64,000 nucleotides of DNA from Marsupella aquatica (Eukaryota > Plantae > Marchantiophyta): NCBI GenBank assembly GCA_973895155.1, contig OZ316897.1, positions 4,186,211 to 4,250,210 of the forward strand, given 5' to 3'. Positions 42,401-54,415 of the stretch are shown here, in pieces. How positions within the stretch are numbered: position 1 is the first letter of the stretch; the number at the start of each line of letters is the position of its first letter. The notes under the pieces were generated by a model. It saw nothing but the letters and a program-made list of their open reading frames with translations, had not been told where the DNA came from and did no database searches. Position numbers and translations under genes: made by a program.

Positions 42401-42800
42401 AGGTAACTATCCTGAGTGATGCTCCAATGCTTCATGTATGTGCAACATGGAAGGAAGTGCAATTTAATTGGAGGGATATTATAATAAGGTATCCCTATGC
42501 TCCACTTTGAAGGGGGTTTATAAAGTATTAGTACCTATGCACCATGTTTGTGCAACCCTAGAAGGAAGTAGAACTTAATGCAAGCTAGAGGGATTTTATA
42601 AGGTACACATGGGCTTCATGTTTGGGAAACCTTGGATGGAAATATAGTTTAATAAATGCTGGATATATATATATAGTTGAAGGGGGTTTGATAAATTATC
42701 TCCATGCTCCATGTTAGCGCAACTCTAGCTGGTCCGGATATATAGTGTAATTGAACTAATTAAGGAGGTTGTCTTAAGGTATCCCTATGCTCCATGTTTA
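39490..42800. repeat. Satellite-like array of about 65-bp monomers with about 440-bp and 220-bp higher-order repeats
   Basis: Monomer ATGCTCCATGTTAGTGCAACCCTGGATGGAAGTATAGTTTAAT..GGGGTTTAT. Higher-order marker GG(A)AGGGGTACCCTAG at 40321, 40769, 41209 and 41642. Block duplicated at about 41951 and 42170. Confidence 0.93.
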
Positions 42801-44436
42801 CAATAATATATACCATAGTAATATTACAGTACATTTAATATCCCAATCATATATTTAACGTAACTGAAATAATATTTAGTTTGTATGTTGGAAGATAACG
42901 TATTGTCAAATTGAAAAAGCAGTGTTGAAAGTGTTGACGTAATTGCAAACATAGTAGATCCAACATCGTATTTTTATAATGTCTACAGTATAAGCAGTAT
43001 GACGAGTTGCAAATTCTGTCAAAACGTGGATCCGGCCGTCAAATTGCATCCAAGTTTTCCCTCCAAGAGAATTGTATTTGAAATTTGAATTTGAATGATG
43101 CTCAGAGTGAGCGTGAATCGTCATGCAGACTCTTGCACCGGCCTCAATCTTCAGTTCTCACCGAGGTTTCTTTTGTAAGGCCTTGCACCAGCCTCAGTCG
43201 ACTTCAGTCCTCATGTTTCTTGTGTACCCGCTTGTGTAAGGTCGCGTTAGTCTCGCTTGTCTTGCAATCTCTTTGTTGTGGTCACGATACTGGCTTATTT
43301 CACATTGCGCATTCATCTTCAATCAATCCTCGTCTGAGTTTCAAGTTTGAGGTATAGCAATTGTTTTAGTGATACTTCTTGGTCGAGAGCTTGATCGGTT
43401 AAGGCTCTCTCCCATAATAGCTTAAAACTTGCGGGAGAGAGCTCAACCGGCTGAGCTTGATTAGAGGAGAGGAGTCATTCAAGAGGAGAGCACTACCGGC
43501 TGAGCTCATTTAGATCGAGGAAAGTCACCCACGTCGAGACAATTCGATCAGAGGACCGAGAGTAATCTAGGGAGAGCTCGATAATTTGAGGAGATCGATA
43601 AGGAGCTAGCTTCTCTGGAGTGATCGGGAACAACATTCAAGCTACAAGAGAGTGTCGTCACTCAGCATAAGGTATGCAGTCTACTTTCAAATCCCTAATT
43701 TATTGTTTGGTTCATTGTGTACAATTTGTAACCTGTTTATATCTCTTCTGGTTGAGTCTGTGTGTTAAATTTCTTCGATCCCGTGACTGATCAAAGCAAT
43801 TTTGTTTCTAATGTGATGAACGTAAACTCTATTCATGTACTCAGATTCAATTCATGTATTCAGATTCAATTCATGTACTCACATTCAATTCATGTTCTTT
43901 GTGAAAGTTCGAATTGGATACAATATTGTATATGCTCTAACAATGGATTTTGTTGTACGCGAATCTAAAATTTTGGAGTAACTACTAAACCCTAAAATTC
44001 TTTAAAACACAAAATCTAAGATCACAATTTCACCTGAAGACTTGACCAGTTGCTGGAAATAATTAAGTTTGCTACTCACTTGAGGTGAAGTGTTTCTCAT
44101 TTTATGAACAAACAACATCAATCATCTGTTCAGATAGTAAACCAATTTTAAATAGCCCTTCATAATTTTGAATAGCCCTTATTAATTTTCATAATATTCA
44201 GTCAGGGAGTGAGATCTCAACCCTAAAATTGAACTCCTGACCACATCCGAACATCATGTAACAAATTAAACAATTTAATGAGGAAATCAAATCTAAACCG
44301 TTTGATAAGCCGAATAAACTCAAATCTAGTCTGAACCCTTGATAACTACTATCATGTGTCAAAAGGGGACAATATTCATTATTAATATCATAATTTCTTG
44401 TGACCCTACTTTGGAACCCGTGAGGAAATAGGGATA

Positions 44437-44460
44437 TTTAGGGTTTAGGGTTTAGGGTTT
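44437..44460 (+). repeat. Interstitial plant telomere repeat (TTTAGGG)3 / telo-box
   Basis: TTTAGGGTTTAGGGTTTAGGGTTT. Confidence 0.85.
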
Positions 44461-45146
44461 ATATATCCACACCCGGGGTCCTAAAATTTGTACACCGCAC
44501 AACCCACGGGCTGTAGGGTCCTCCATCTCTGATTGATAGAATTCAAGAGAAATTCTTGTAATGTTTTCATAAAAATGTTATTACATTCTAGTTATTGATA
44601 AGGTTTATCAGCCGCCAGCCTACTAATGGTCGATGAATTTGTGTACCCTGCAACCCGTGGGTTGTGGGGTATTGAGTTGATTGTTGGGTACACAATGATA
44701 CTTGGTGTCAAAACTTACTAGAGCCAGTTAACCCTTAGCTAGACACCTTTTGTAGATGTTGCACATATATATATATAACAAAGAATACTGTTTCTTGGAG
44801 GGAGCATCTCTTGAATGAAGCGAAATCAATGTTGTTCACAACCCACGGGCGGCAGGGTACTGATACCTCAATAAGTATTGTTCACAACCCGCGGACGGTA
44901 GGGTACTGATACCTTGAGTTAAGTTAATCAACAAAGCCCAGATGCGGGGCACCTTAAATTCCAATCTGAGCTACAAAGATGACATAATATCCAAAACATT
45001 ATTCTCTGATCTTTAGAGAACCTTCTTTTTTTTAGAAAGTTTTGTGATAGAGTGGCATCATTTTGGGATTCGGATAATTTGAGATAAGGGCAACCGAATA
45101 ATGTAAAGTGGCTAACAATATTATATATTGCTATTGCAGAACTAAA

Positions 45147-48100
45147 ATGTCTACGACCATCCTGTCTTTTGAAGTGGGTGACATGGTCGGATTGTTTGGC
45201 TCAAAGATATTGGTTGGGATGGGAAAGATTTTTAGTAGTGATCCCACCAGGATTTGTCACACGGTGGAGTTAGGTCCGGATCATGTAATGGTGGAGGTTA
45301 TTGAATGTTTGGATGAAAAGTTCATATTTTCTGATGGAGAATACTTGAAGCATTTGATTGGATCCTTTCTTGTTTGGGATAAAAATGATCTCAGAGTTCA
45401 TCCCTTTAGAGAGAAACACCCTGAAGTGCATGTTGATGAAGTTGACAATATTAACAGTGCCCGTGATAGTGTCCCTGGGGAAGTTGATCCTAGCACTATC
45501 CGATGAGTTGTACCACAAGTTGGGATGGTTGTGAAAGTGTTTGATGAAGCAAATGCTAATTTTGCTGTAGCACTGATTACTTTTGTGACCCAAGGATCAA
45601 CATTAGGGGAAATTATCATCGGAGACACACACATTGGGATACTCATTACTGATTTTGTTGATGGCGCGACAAATGAGCACCTTAGATACAGGAATTGTCT
45701 TGTCCCTTGGCCTCTCAGCTTGTTGCGAGCTAGTGAAGGTCATATGTTGAGCTTTCCAAACAAGGGCACTATTCCTATAGAGATTGATGCATCCAGTCGA
45801 AAGCGATCTTATGTGAACATTACAAGGAGAAGTAAAGTAGCCAACATTTCACTGTCAAAGAAAAGCAAGTTTCTAGACCGTGAGGATGCCAAAAACATTA
45901 GTAAGGTGGATTGTTGTGAGGAACAATGCTGCCAATTTTTTAACCGTGACCTTGCACATAATCTTCGAGAGAAACATTGGGCAAAGAGCTATCAGATGCG
46001 GAAGGAAGATGAAGTTACTGCTATTGTGAACTCACTCCATGATGTTAGCTGTAGAGTGATAGTTGGTATGGAGGGAACCAATGGGAGAGGGGTTTGTCTG
46101 GAAGCGTGGAGGGTGATATACGGAAAAGGAAGAAGTCAGTTTTATGAGGTGAAGAAAATGGTAAGGGCAGGGGCAAGTATGTGTACTCATGGGAATCTTG
46201 GAAAACGACGAATGTCTGAAAGAGTTTCCCAAGCGCTTATGTCAATGAAAGGGATTATAGACGAATGCGCAGATAACCATCCAGCTAAGTTACGAACTAT
46301 GAATGACAATACCCGCCAAGTACTTAGAGAACTTCCAATAGGTTTGAATTGGGAGAATTTGAGAAAGAAGGTGAACTCTAGGAACAAAGAGTTTGGTATT
46401 GGTCCAGTTTCCCAACCGACTATGAGTGTTCTGCGAAACAATCACGTTAAGGAGGTGGGGATAAAGAAGAAAGGGAGTAACTTCTCAAAGTGCACGACTT
46501 GTTGTGAGTTAAATGAACGCAAATCCAAAATGACTGGAGGAAGAGAGGAAAGGGAACTTTTGAAGGTTGATGAGGACAAACATCACAAAGATCATACCGA
46601 AGGGAGAATGTTGTATCATGCTTGGAGGTTTGAATCGGTGCATAGGCCAAAGGAGGTCTTGTGTATGATTCACGACAAGATGGATCATTGCAAGACTGCA
46701 CTACCGAGAATGCCACGATGCCCAAAATCGTTGGATGGTGTGCAGAGGGTCCCGGTTACTCTTACTGGTATCTTGACTCATGGTCATGGTCCAAAAGCAA
46801 TTGCCCAGTATAATATTGGAGTGTGGCCGGCTGATCCTAATGCCTGCATTGGTTCCTTGGATTCAATATTTTGAATGCTAGAAAATCCGGTACCAATGGT
46901 GAAATCATTGCTTGAAGGACCAGATTCTACAGAGCTTTTTTCAAATTTGTTAATTGGAAGAATGCCCGTCTTGGGAGAAATGGTTCAAGATGCATTCAAG
47001 GAAGACATAGACTATATCAATAGTCTAGGTAAGTACACGCATTGATTAGGTGTTGCAACTAGTCTATCCTTCTAGGAGTGAATCTCATCTTCTAATTGCA
47101 TTTTTTAAATTAATTTCTAGATCCAAAATATTAGCCTCTTAGAAAGGCTACAACCCGTGGGCTATGGGTAAATCTCAAATATTGTTTTGGTTGAGATTGA
47201 GTAATAGTGTGTTTGAGATTACAATCTAGATGCATGCCATTGTTCTGATTGTTAAAATTTCTTATTTTTCAGGGGCTTCTGAAACATCATCTTTGACACA
47301 GCTATATAGACCATTGCCAAGGATCTTGAAGTTACAACTTGATAATTGTGTTGGAGATAACAAAAACAGATTCATTTTGGCATATTTGTCACTTTTGACA
47401 GCGAGAGAGGTGTTCGAAGAAGTTCATTTGGGATTTCTGATGGTCGGACATACTCATGAAGATGTTGATGCAATGTTTGGTAATTTTTTGGAAGCTCTAA
47501 TGAGGCAGCCATCGTATACTCTCCCAGATTTAATGTCGCTACTAATGAAATCACGAAAACCAAATCCTGTTCCCCATTTTGTACAAGAAGTGCCTGATTT
47601 TAAAAGTTACTTAGCACCTTATATGTTGAAAGGGGGAGATACATTGGTGGGCCATTTGAAACCTCGAGTGTTTTGACTGTATGTTCGAGAGGATGGCATG
47701 CCTTGCATGCAATACAAGCTAAAGGCAATGGATCAAGGGTGGCTTCCGAATGGCGGAATTGAAATGTGGTCATGGACAGTCAAGAAACGTCCTAACCTTC
47801 CAACCGGAACACCAAAGAGGTTACCAATGACAGAGGTTAAAGTGTTGGAGGAGGTTCGAGAAGGTCTACTAAAGCAAGTGCACTTTTTTGAATTGATCAT
47901 GAGGAGAAGTCACATTGTGGAGGAACAAAAAACAAGTTGGGAGTCACTGATTGAATATTGGAACCGTGTGAGAGGCACTTTGGGTATAGAAGTACAATAT
48001 TTTCCGGAAGATGGAAATGAGTTGGTGCACGGATTTTGGCCTGTATCCAAATGGAGGGAGCATGTTCCATTAGCATACCGTAATGTTGCGTGTGAGTTGG

Positions 48101-48591
48101 ATGCACAAATAGACTATGTGGGGCCTCGGAAGGATAAGCCACGTGAGGTTTTTAACCCACGGATTGATGTTACAAAGGGTGTTTATGTCATGGTGAGACC
48201 AGACACCCACGACTTGGATACTTACCCAATCTATTTGGGAGAAGCAGTGAGTGATGTGGAAGAGGGAAGTCCAAATGATCAAAACCAGATAGAACACATG
48301 TGTGATGTGAGATGGTTACGACCTGTCATGCAAAAAAAACGAGGTCAACCAGCATGTGAGCAAGCAAAAGAACGATGGCTCAATTGTTGGAACAAGAAAT
48401 GGGAATGTGATCCTGGGTATGAAATAGAGAGAATTAGTGTGAATACTGTGCTATGGTGTTTCAAATCGCGATCTACTGGAAAATCTGGTTTGATTTCAAT
48501 TCCAAAAAGACATGCTGAGAAAGCACAAAACAATCTTACTAGATGCATTGAGAGTGAGGTACCAGGAAATGGAGAAGAAAATGTTGAATAG
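45147..48591 (+). pseudogene. Sola1-like (DUF7869-type) DDD transposase, disrupted
   Basis: FSKCTTCCEL, CMIHDKMDH, LQLDNCVGDNKN and FLMVGHTHEDVDAMFG motifs. Intron 47029-47272. In-frame TGA stops at 45504, 46872 and 47674. Confidence 0.88.
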
Positions 48592-49094
48592 ATCTGCTTG
48601 GATATACAAAATGATTGTTATTACAAGATAGTACTTACTTAGTGCAGCTGCAGTATTAAGTATCATTATTATGATACACTGGTAAATTTAGTTTAATACG
48701 TACTTGACAAGTATAGCTTGACGCCAAAGATTTCAGGATTATTGTAGGCAATACAACCAACCATGGATTGTACATGTTTCCTTATTTCTATGTAAATGAC
48801 CCTTACTATAGCTCAAGGTCTCGCTCAAAAGTGTGCAATTTGAGATTAAAGATTTGAGTACACATAATTTGTTTAATCAATGACAATGACAACACAAGTG
48901 TATGATTGATTTATAGAATATCATTATAGGTTTGAATGGGGCTTAATGTATTTAATTGTATTTAATTGTATTTAATAAAATCCGGAAATTATCCAGAAGT
49001 CCAATTTTGTCTAAATTGGGGTTCAATGACGCAAATAAACCAAGAACATAGTATTTATATATGTGGATTCTTGAAATTGGTTTACAATGAAATT

Positions 49095-52000
49095 CTAATC
49101 GGAGGACTCTGCCTCACTACTCTCGGACCTATCGGTAGATTCCGCCTCATCGTCCACAAACTCACTTCTACAAATGTCATCCACAAACCTCCTCACCAAA
49201 AACTTCCTATCACAACCTCTCCTTAGACGAAGGCCCTTCGTTTCCCAAGACAATGTTCGGCACCTCTCAACTTTTCTGGCCGCCTTCTCTGCGTATGATG
49301 GAAGGATAAATGGTTTTTCTGGTGTCATCTCCAATGCTTCAGCAATCGTTTTCCGAAGGTCAAACTTTCTCCGCATATTCCACTCCGACCTGAAAGTTTT
49401 CATAGATATTAAAAATCTGTACATGTAAAAATATCTTATTGAAAACAGTCGTGGATTTGGATTGGGCTTATGAGCATTACTGAGAAGACTCCTCATCCTC
49501 GGATTCAGATTCTGATCCCAAAGGATTTCTCTTCTCTTCCTCGTCATCTCCAAGATCGACGACGAGAACATCTTCCTCATCAGGTTCCCCAACAACATCC
49601 GGCTCGCTTTCTTCAGAATCAAAGTTTAAAATTGATCTAACTCTATCCAACTTCTCTTTCCCCTTCCTTGAGATTGTCTTTTCTGGAGTCAAAGTTGACT
49701 TTGGCTCCAAAATGTCATCTAGCATAAATCTTGCAGCAGTCACAAACTCTCGCCGCCCTTCGACACCAATAACAAATCTACCACAATAGTCTCCCGCCAC
49801 AAATGAACTTCCCGAACAAGCGGTCCAGTCAATGAAAATATCCCACGATAGGAGATGAGCTCTATGACAGATTGCATAAACCCAACTGTGAGCCTTCCGT
49901 TTCCACAGGCCACAAGGTCTGGCATTGGATCAGTCTTTAAAGACGGAAGTCCTATAAGATTTGTAACAGAGGGATCTTCGGAGGGTGACAATGGACGAAA
50001 CTTGGGGTCTTTTGGGATTGAAGTTTTGCTTGAAACACGGCCGAATATATCCAACCTCAGCGTGAAGATCTGAAAAACAAAATAATAGTGAGGTCGTGGT
50101 AAACAGTTTCAACTAGCATAGTGATACATAATATTAGCGCCTGGCGCTGGCCAAAAAGTAATGAAGATAATTCTTACCTGAGTATCAGATTTAGGTTTGT
50201 ACATAGGAAACCCCATGACGACTGTATGTGAGGCAATACAGGAAAACTTCTGAGATTGTTGGCATGCAAATATTACTTCCAAAATCTGATCATACTCTCC
50301 AGTGTGAAGAATAGCCAGAAGTCCATCGTCAGAAAGGAAAGGGTCCATTGCGCTAAAAAAAGCCAATGGAAGAGAGTGGTCTTGCAAATTCCATTTGGGT
50401 ACTTTTTTGTCTAAAAGAGATGGTCTCAACCCAGTTGGCAAATACAGAAAGTCGGCATCGACACCAAATGCCCTAACTTTACCCCCTCTGATTACCCCCT
50501 TCGCACGGGATCTCGACTTAACCAGATTTTTACCCCAGCTCTCAACCCGACCAACCCATGATGGCTTCTCTTCCCGCTTGAACACACTCTCGTAGAAGTC
50601 TGCCAAGGTGGACTCCACAAATGTATGTCTCAATTTATTCCCCTTGAAGTCTCCCACATTCCGTTGTAAGCCAATCGCTGCAAGCGTTTCCCGCTGAGAA
50701 CCCGCGGACGTAGAAACATGACACTTCTTCTTCCTCCTTATGCTGGTTGCATCCACAGGTGGAATACTCACATCCTCAGGTGTTGTCGACCCTTCAGGCG
50801 GCTCCTCATCCTTCCCGGCACTAATTTCACGAGAGGCCTCTAGTGTTGCAGTTCCAGCATTACCAGAAACCAATCCCGCGTCTGATTTTTGAGACCCTGC
50901 TAAAAAACAAAATTGTGGTTAATAATAGCGTCGGGCGCTAGCCAACATTATGCTTCGACAACTAGACAGAAATAGAAAAACAAACATAGGAACTCACTCT
51001 TTCGGGTCTCTTTATGAGATCCACTTGGGGTTGTTTCTTGCTTGGCTTTCGCTCTGGGTTTCCGACTCCTTGCAACTTGGACGACTTGGGTCTCGCAAAT
51101 CCTTTGTAGCTCTATGGCCGATCGATCGATCTCTTCATTGGTTGCTTGCTTCATCTCCGACAAAATATTCCTTGGGACTATATTCTTTGATAACTTCTGG
51201 AAAGCATCTTTCTCTGTATCATCAAATGGGGAACTCCATTTCTCTGTGTCAAGATACCATGGACAATGCAAAACCTCCCAGTTTGTCATCTTCCTTGGGG
51301 GAAACTTCCCTTCTGCTGGGTACATCGAGTACCCAAGAAAGTCCCCAGACGCTTCAGACCTCGAAATTACAACGGCCCACTTTTGAGGTTGATATCACTC
51401 AAGGCACTAGGATAGGCCCAAAAATAGGAAGGGTCACTCCTCTCCATTTTCATGTAATATTGATACAAATATCTCTTTGCTTCTCTTGCGGTTGATATCA
51501 CTCAAATCCTCCTTATCAGCGTACTTGGATTCCCAAATGTTGTTGAAGAACTTGGCCCTTACGGAATCATCGTACTTTCTAAAATCCTCTAAAATAACTT
51601 CCCTCAACTTCTCAAATGTCATGACCTCTCCGCCTAGTGTTGAAAGACATTGTTCTGTGCACAAAGCCATAACTTCGTTCAAAGACGCATCTAAGAGAGC
51701 AGTGGCTATCCCCTCAATTGTATTCCAAACATGCCAGGTGTGACACCACTGCTTGATGGGGTCATCAAAAATGCCAAAGGGATGAAAAAACTGTTTCCAT
51801 AAGTCGGGAGTACAATGAGCAACGAGAAGTGTACTTTGCAGCTTTGGATCTAATGCCGAATTGGCAGTGAACAAGCAAGCTCTATCCATCGTGCAAAATA
51901 CGGCGTCAGGGACCTTCTCGCATTTCAGCCGATCAGTAAGACTATACATTTCGGCACAAGTGTCCATGAAATCTTCAAACTCTGGGCTCAGCAAGGAAGT

Positions 52001-53215
52001 GAGCTTCGGTATTTTCACGGTCCACTCCTTAGTTGCTTCCTTCATCATCTGATTGTGACGAAGACTGGTCTCTTCGACAGACCATGGTGCACTGGAATTG
52101 CTCGCTTGGGTCTTCATCACTTGGAACTGCTGCGAGTAGGACTTGATCTTATTCTCACACAGGATATAGACCAAAGCCTCCATTGGCATCTTCTTAGTAA
52201 ACCAAGAACCTTTTCGAGTCCCTTTTCGAGTCTTCTTGAATTTGGCGTAATTTGCTTCGTCTATGATGGGTTTATAATATTCAAGATCATGTGCCAAAAT
52301 CCTCCTGATTCTGTCCGCGTCCAAAATTCAAGAAGACTCTACAACTGCTTGCCCCGTCCTGTGAAATTCAGCATATTAGAAATAGCGCCTGGCACTAACA
52401 TAGACCCTTAAACCAGAAAGAACATTCAATGCACAGATAGAAACCGAGAAATTTGAGAGTTTCAATCATTGGTGAGAGACAACTCACTGGTTCACAATGT
52501 GCATCGCTGCTTCAATCTTGATGATAGATTCCTTGTCCCCCTTGAATATTGTGCATTGCACTCGAGGATGATACTTTGGATTCTCTGGGCTCTCACTAGT
52601 AACTTGTGTCCACGAAAATAGTCGATGATTCCCATCGAAAACTGAGAACATTTTGTCCTTGAGGACCAAAAAAGTGGGGTCTGCTTCACATTCGGCTTCA
52701 AACAATTGGTTCTCCGCAACCCAAATCGGATCCCAGGTGCTCCAAATTTCATCTGTACACAACTGTGGAGCACCTTCTGCGTTGGAAGGTTGGACAAAAA
52801 ACCGCATGCCTATGGACGAATTGTGCCCAAATGTCCTGAAGGAGTCCTTCAGCTTCTCGATTGATTGACTATTCCTTTGAAGAGTGCGGACGACCTCCAT
52901 ATGAACGAGACGGCATAACGGAATCCGCGGTGGCTCCTTCGGTAATCCATTCGCATCAACGCCAAACGACATGACATGCTTTTCTATCACATCGACCACT
53001 GATTTCTCAATATCTTTGGCGTTCTGGACAGCAAACTCACCGACTTGCTCCATTTGTGCTCGCCTTGGTTTTGGACACGGAAGTTCTACCTGATTGAGGG
53101 GATATTGCGCAGTGGAACGAGTTATCCTTCGACTCAAAATACAACTAGAATACAATGACTCTGAAGACTGAGAATGGTTTGGTGACCCAGATCCCATTTC
53201 GTTATACTCTCCCAC
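49095..53215 (-). pseudogene. Spliced gene: ParB/Srx-like domain, helical region, beta-class N6A/N4C DNA methyltransferase-like domain, acidic tail (MULE cargo)
   Basis: Introns 52359-52487, 50897-50997 and 50070-50177. ParB RIPLCRL..VRTL..IEKLKDSFRTFG..FSVFDGNHRLFSW..HIVN. MTase-like VDADFLYLPTG..FLSDDGLLAILH and, after a 1-nt frameshift near 49845, IELISYRGDIFIDWTACSGSSFVAGDYCGRFVIGVE. Several stops and frameshifts; start codon uncertain. Confidence 0.8.
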
Positions 53216-53678
53216 CCACCGTGTTGCGATGCACTCCCGTGCAAGTTGGAATCGTACGGGAGTTTAGTCAGGAATTAGTTTGGGAGTTCGGAGACACTTA
53301 CTCGTGTGGAGCTCCTGTACGTCTGCGAGCAACCATACCAACGCAATTGAGGCAAATCTTCCACACCTGAAACAACTCTGGAACGCCCAAAGTACCTTCA
53401 ATGTACGGCCGTTGGAAATATTTGCGATGGCATACTCAACCGAGAAGGGTATCTAAGATCTGGAGGACCGTTAAACGAATAAGCGTATAGAGGTCAAACT
53501 TGACAAACACCTGGAGAAGATTGGACCGTTGATTAAGTCTTAGATGGATCAACGGAGTTGTGTGAAGGTATCCGTTGAAGTTACCATTACTAAACCCCTA
53601 GGATACGAATGGATCCAGCCAGCGAAAGAGCCACATATACCCGTTCAAGTTACCGTTGAATCATAGGTGTTCCATAGA

Positions 53679-54297
53679 TAGCGCCTGGCGCTAGCATTGG
53701 GTGTTATATTTATGGGGACATTGTCATCTCCAATCGATCATATAGATCAAAATAATTTCCCATATGAAACACATTTTGGCACGCTTACTTTACTAGCGCC
53801 CGGCGCTAGCAAAAGATCCTAATATATACGTTCAAGTTACCGTTTAATAATGAGTCTACGATAGATAGCGCTCGGCGCTAGCAAAAAGGTCTCATATATA
53901 TGTTCAAGTGACCGTTTAAGATTGGGTCTTCGATAGATAGCGCCCGGCGCTAGCATTGGGGTTATCTTTATGTGAACAATGTCATTTCTATTAGGTCCAA
54001 TTTAGAAAAATAATTTCCCATCTGAACCACATTTTGACCCTCTTACTTTACTAGCGCTAGGCGCTAGCCAAATATCCCAACCTATATATGTTCAGGTTAC
54101 CGTTTAATAATGGGTCTTGATTAGATAGCGCCTGGCGCTAGCATTGGGGGATTATCTTCAAAGATGATATTTGAGTCAAACTTTTCCACTCGTACTTTGC
54201 TAGCGCCTGGCGCTAGCGAAAGAGTCCACTCAAAGAAACTCTCAATTGTTTCACGACAAATCAAAACATTATAGACATTGGATAGCGCCAGGAGTTA
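53679..54297. promoter_or_regulatory. Cluster of 8 TAGCGC(N3)GCGCTA palindromes in the divergent intergenic region
   Basis: Copies at 53679, 53794, 53866, 53938, 54052, 54126, 54201 and a degenerate one at 54283, spaced 72-82 or 114-115 bp. The regulatory role is inferred. Confidence 0.75.
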
Positions 54298-54415
54298 CCA
54301 TTCAAAAATTCATTGAATTGATATGAATTATGTTCACTTACGATACAATATCTCATAGATTGTCAAATTGTAATGCCGTTAGAAAATGACAAATATTCAT
54401 TGATGGCCGGCCATT

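Larger units (their letters stand above)
28896..49023. mobile_element. 20.1-kb Sola1-like (DUF7869-type transposase) DNA transposon nested in the MULE
   Basis: Perfect 19-bp TIR AACCCCAATTTAGACAAAA (28896-28914 and 49005-49023), 4-bp TSD CAAT (28892-28895, 49024-49027), transposase at 45147-48591. Confidence 0.9.

Noticed and set aside
28896-53215. Bacterial or phage contamination or recent HGT explaining the ParB and MTase motifs
   Set aside because: The genes have frame-preserving spliceosomal introns and lie inside TSD-bounded eukaryotic transposons contiguous with a plant LSG1 gene.
53679-54297. CRISPR-like repeat-spacer pattern
   Set aside because: The repeat is only 15 bp, and the intervening segments fall into two homologous classes (about 72 and 115 bp), so these are tandem duplications.
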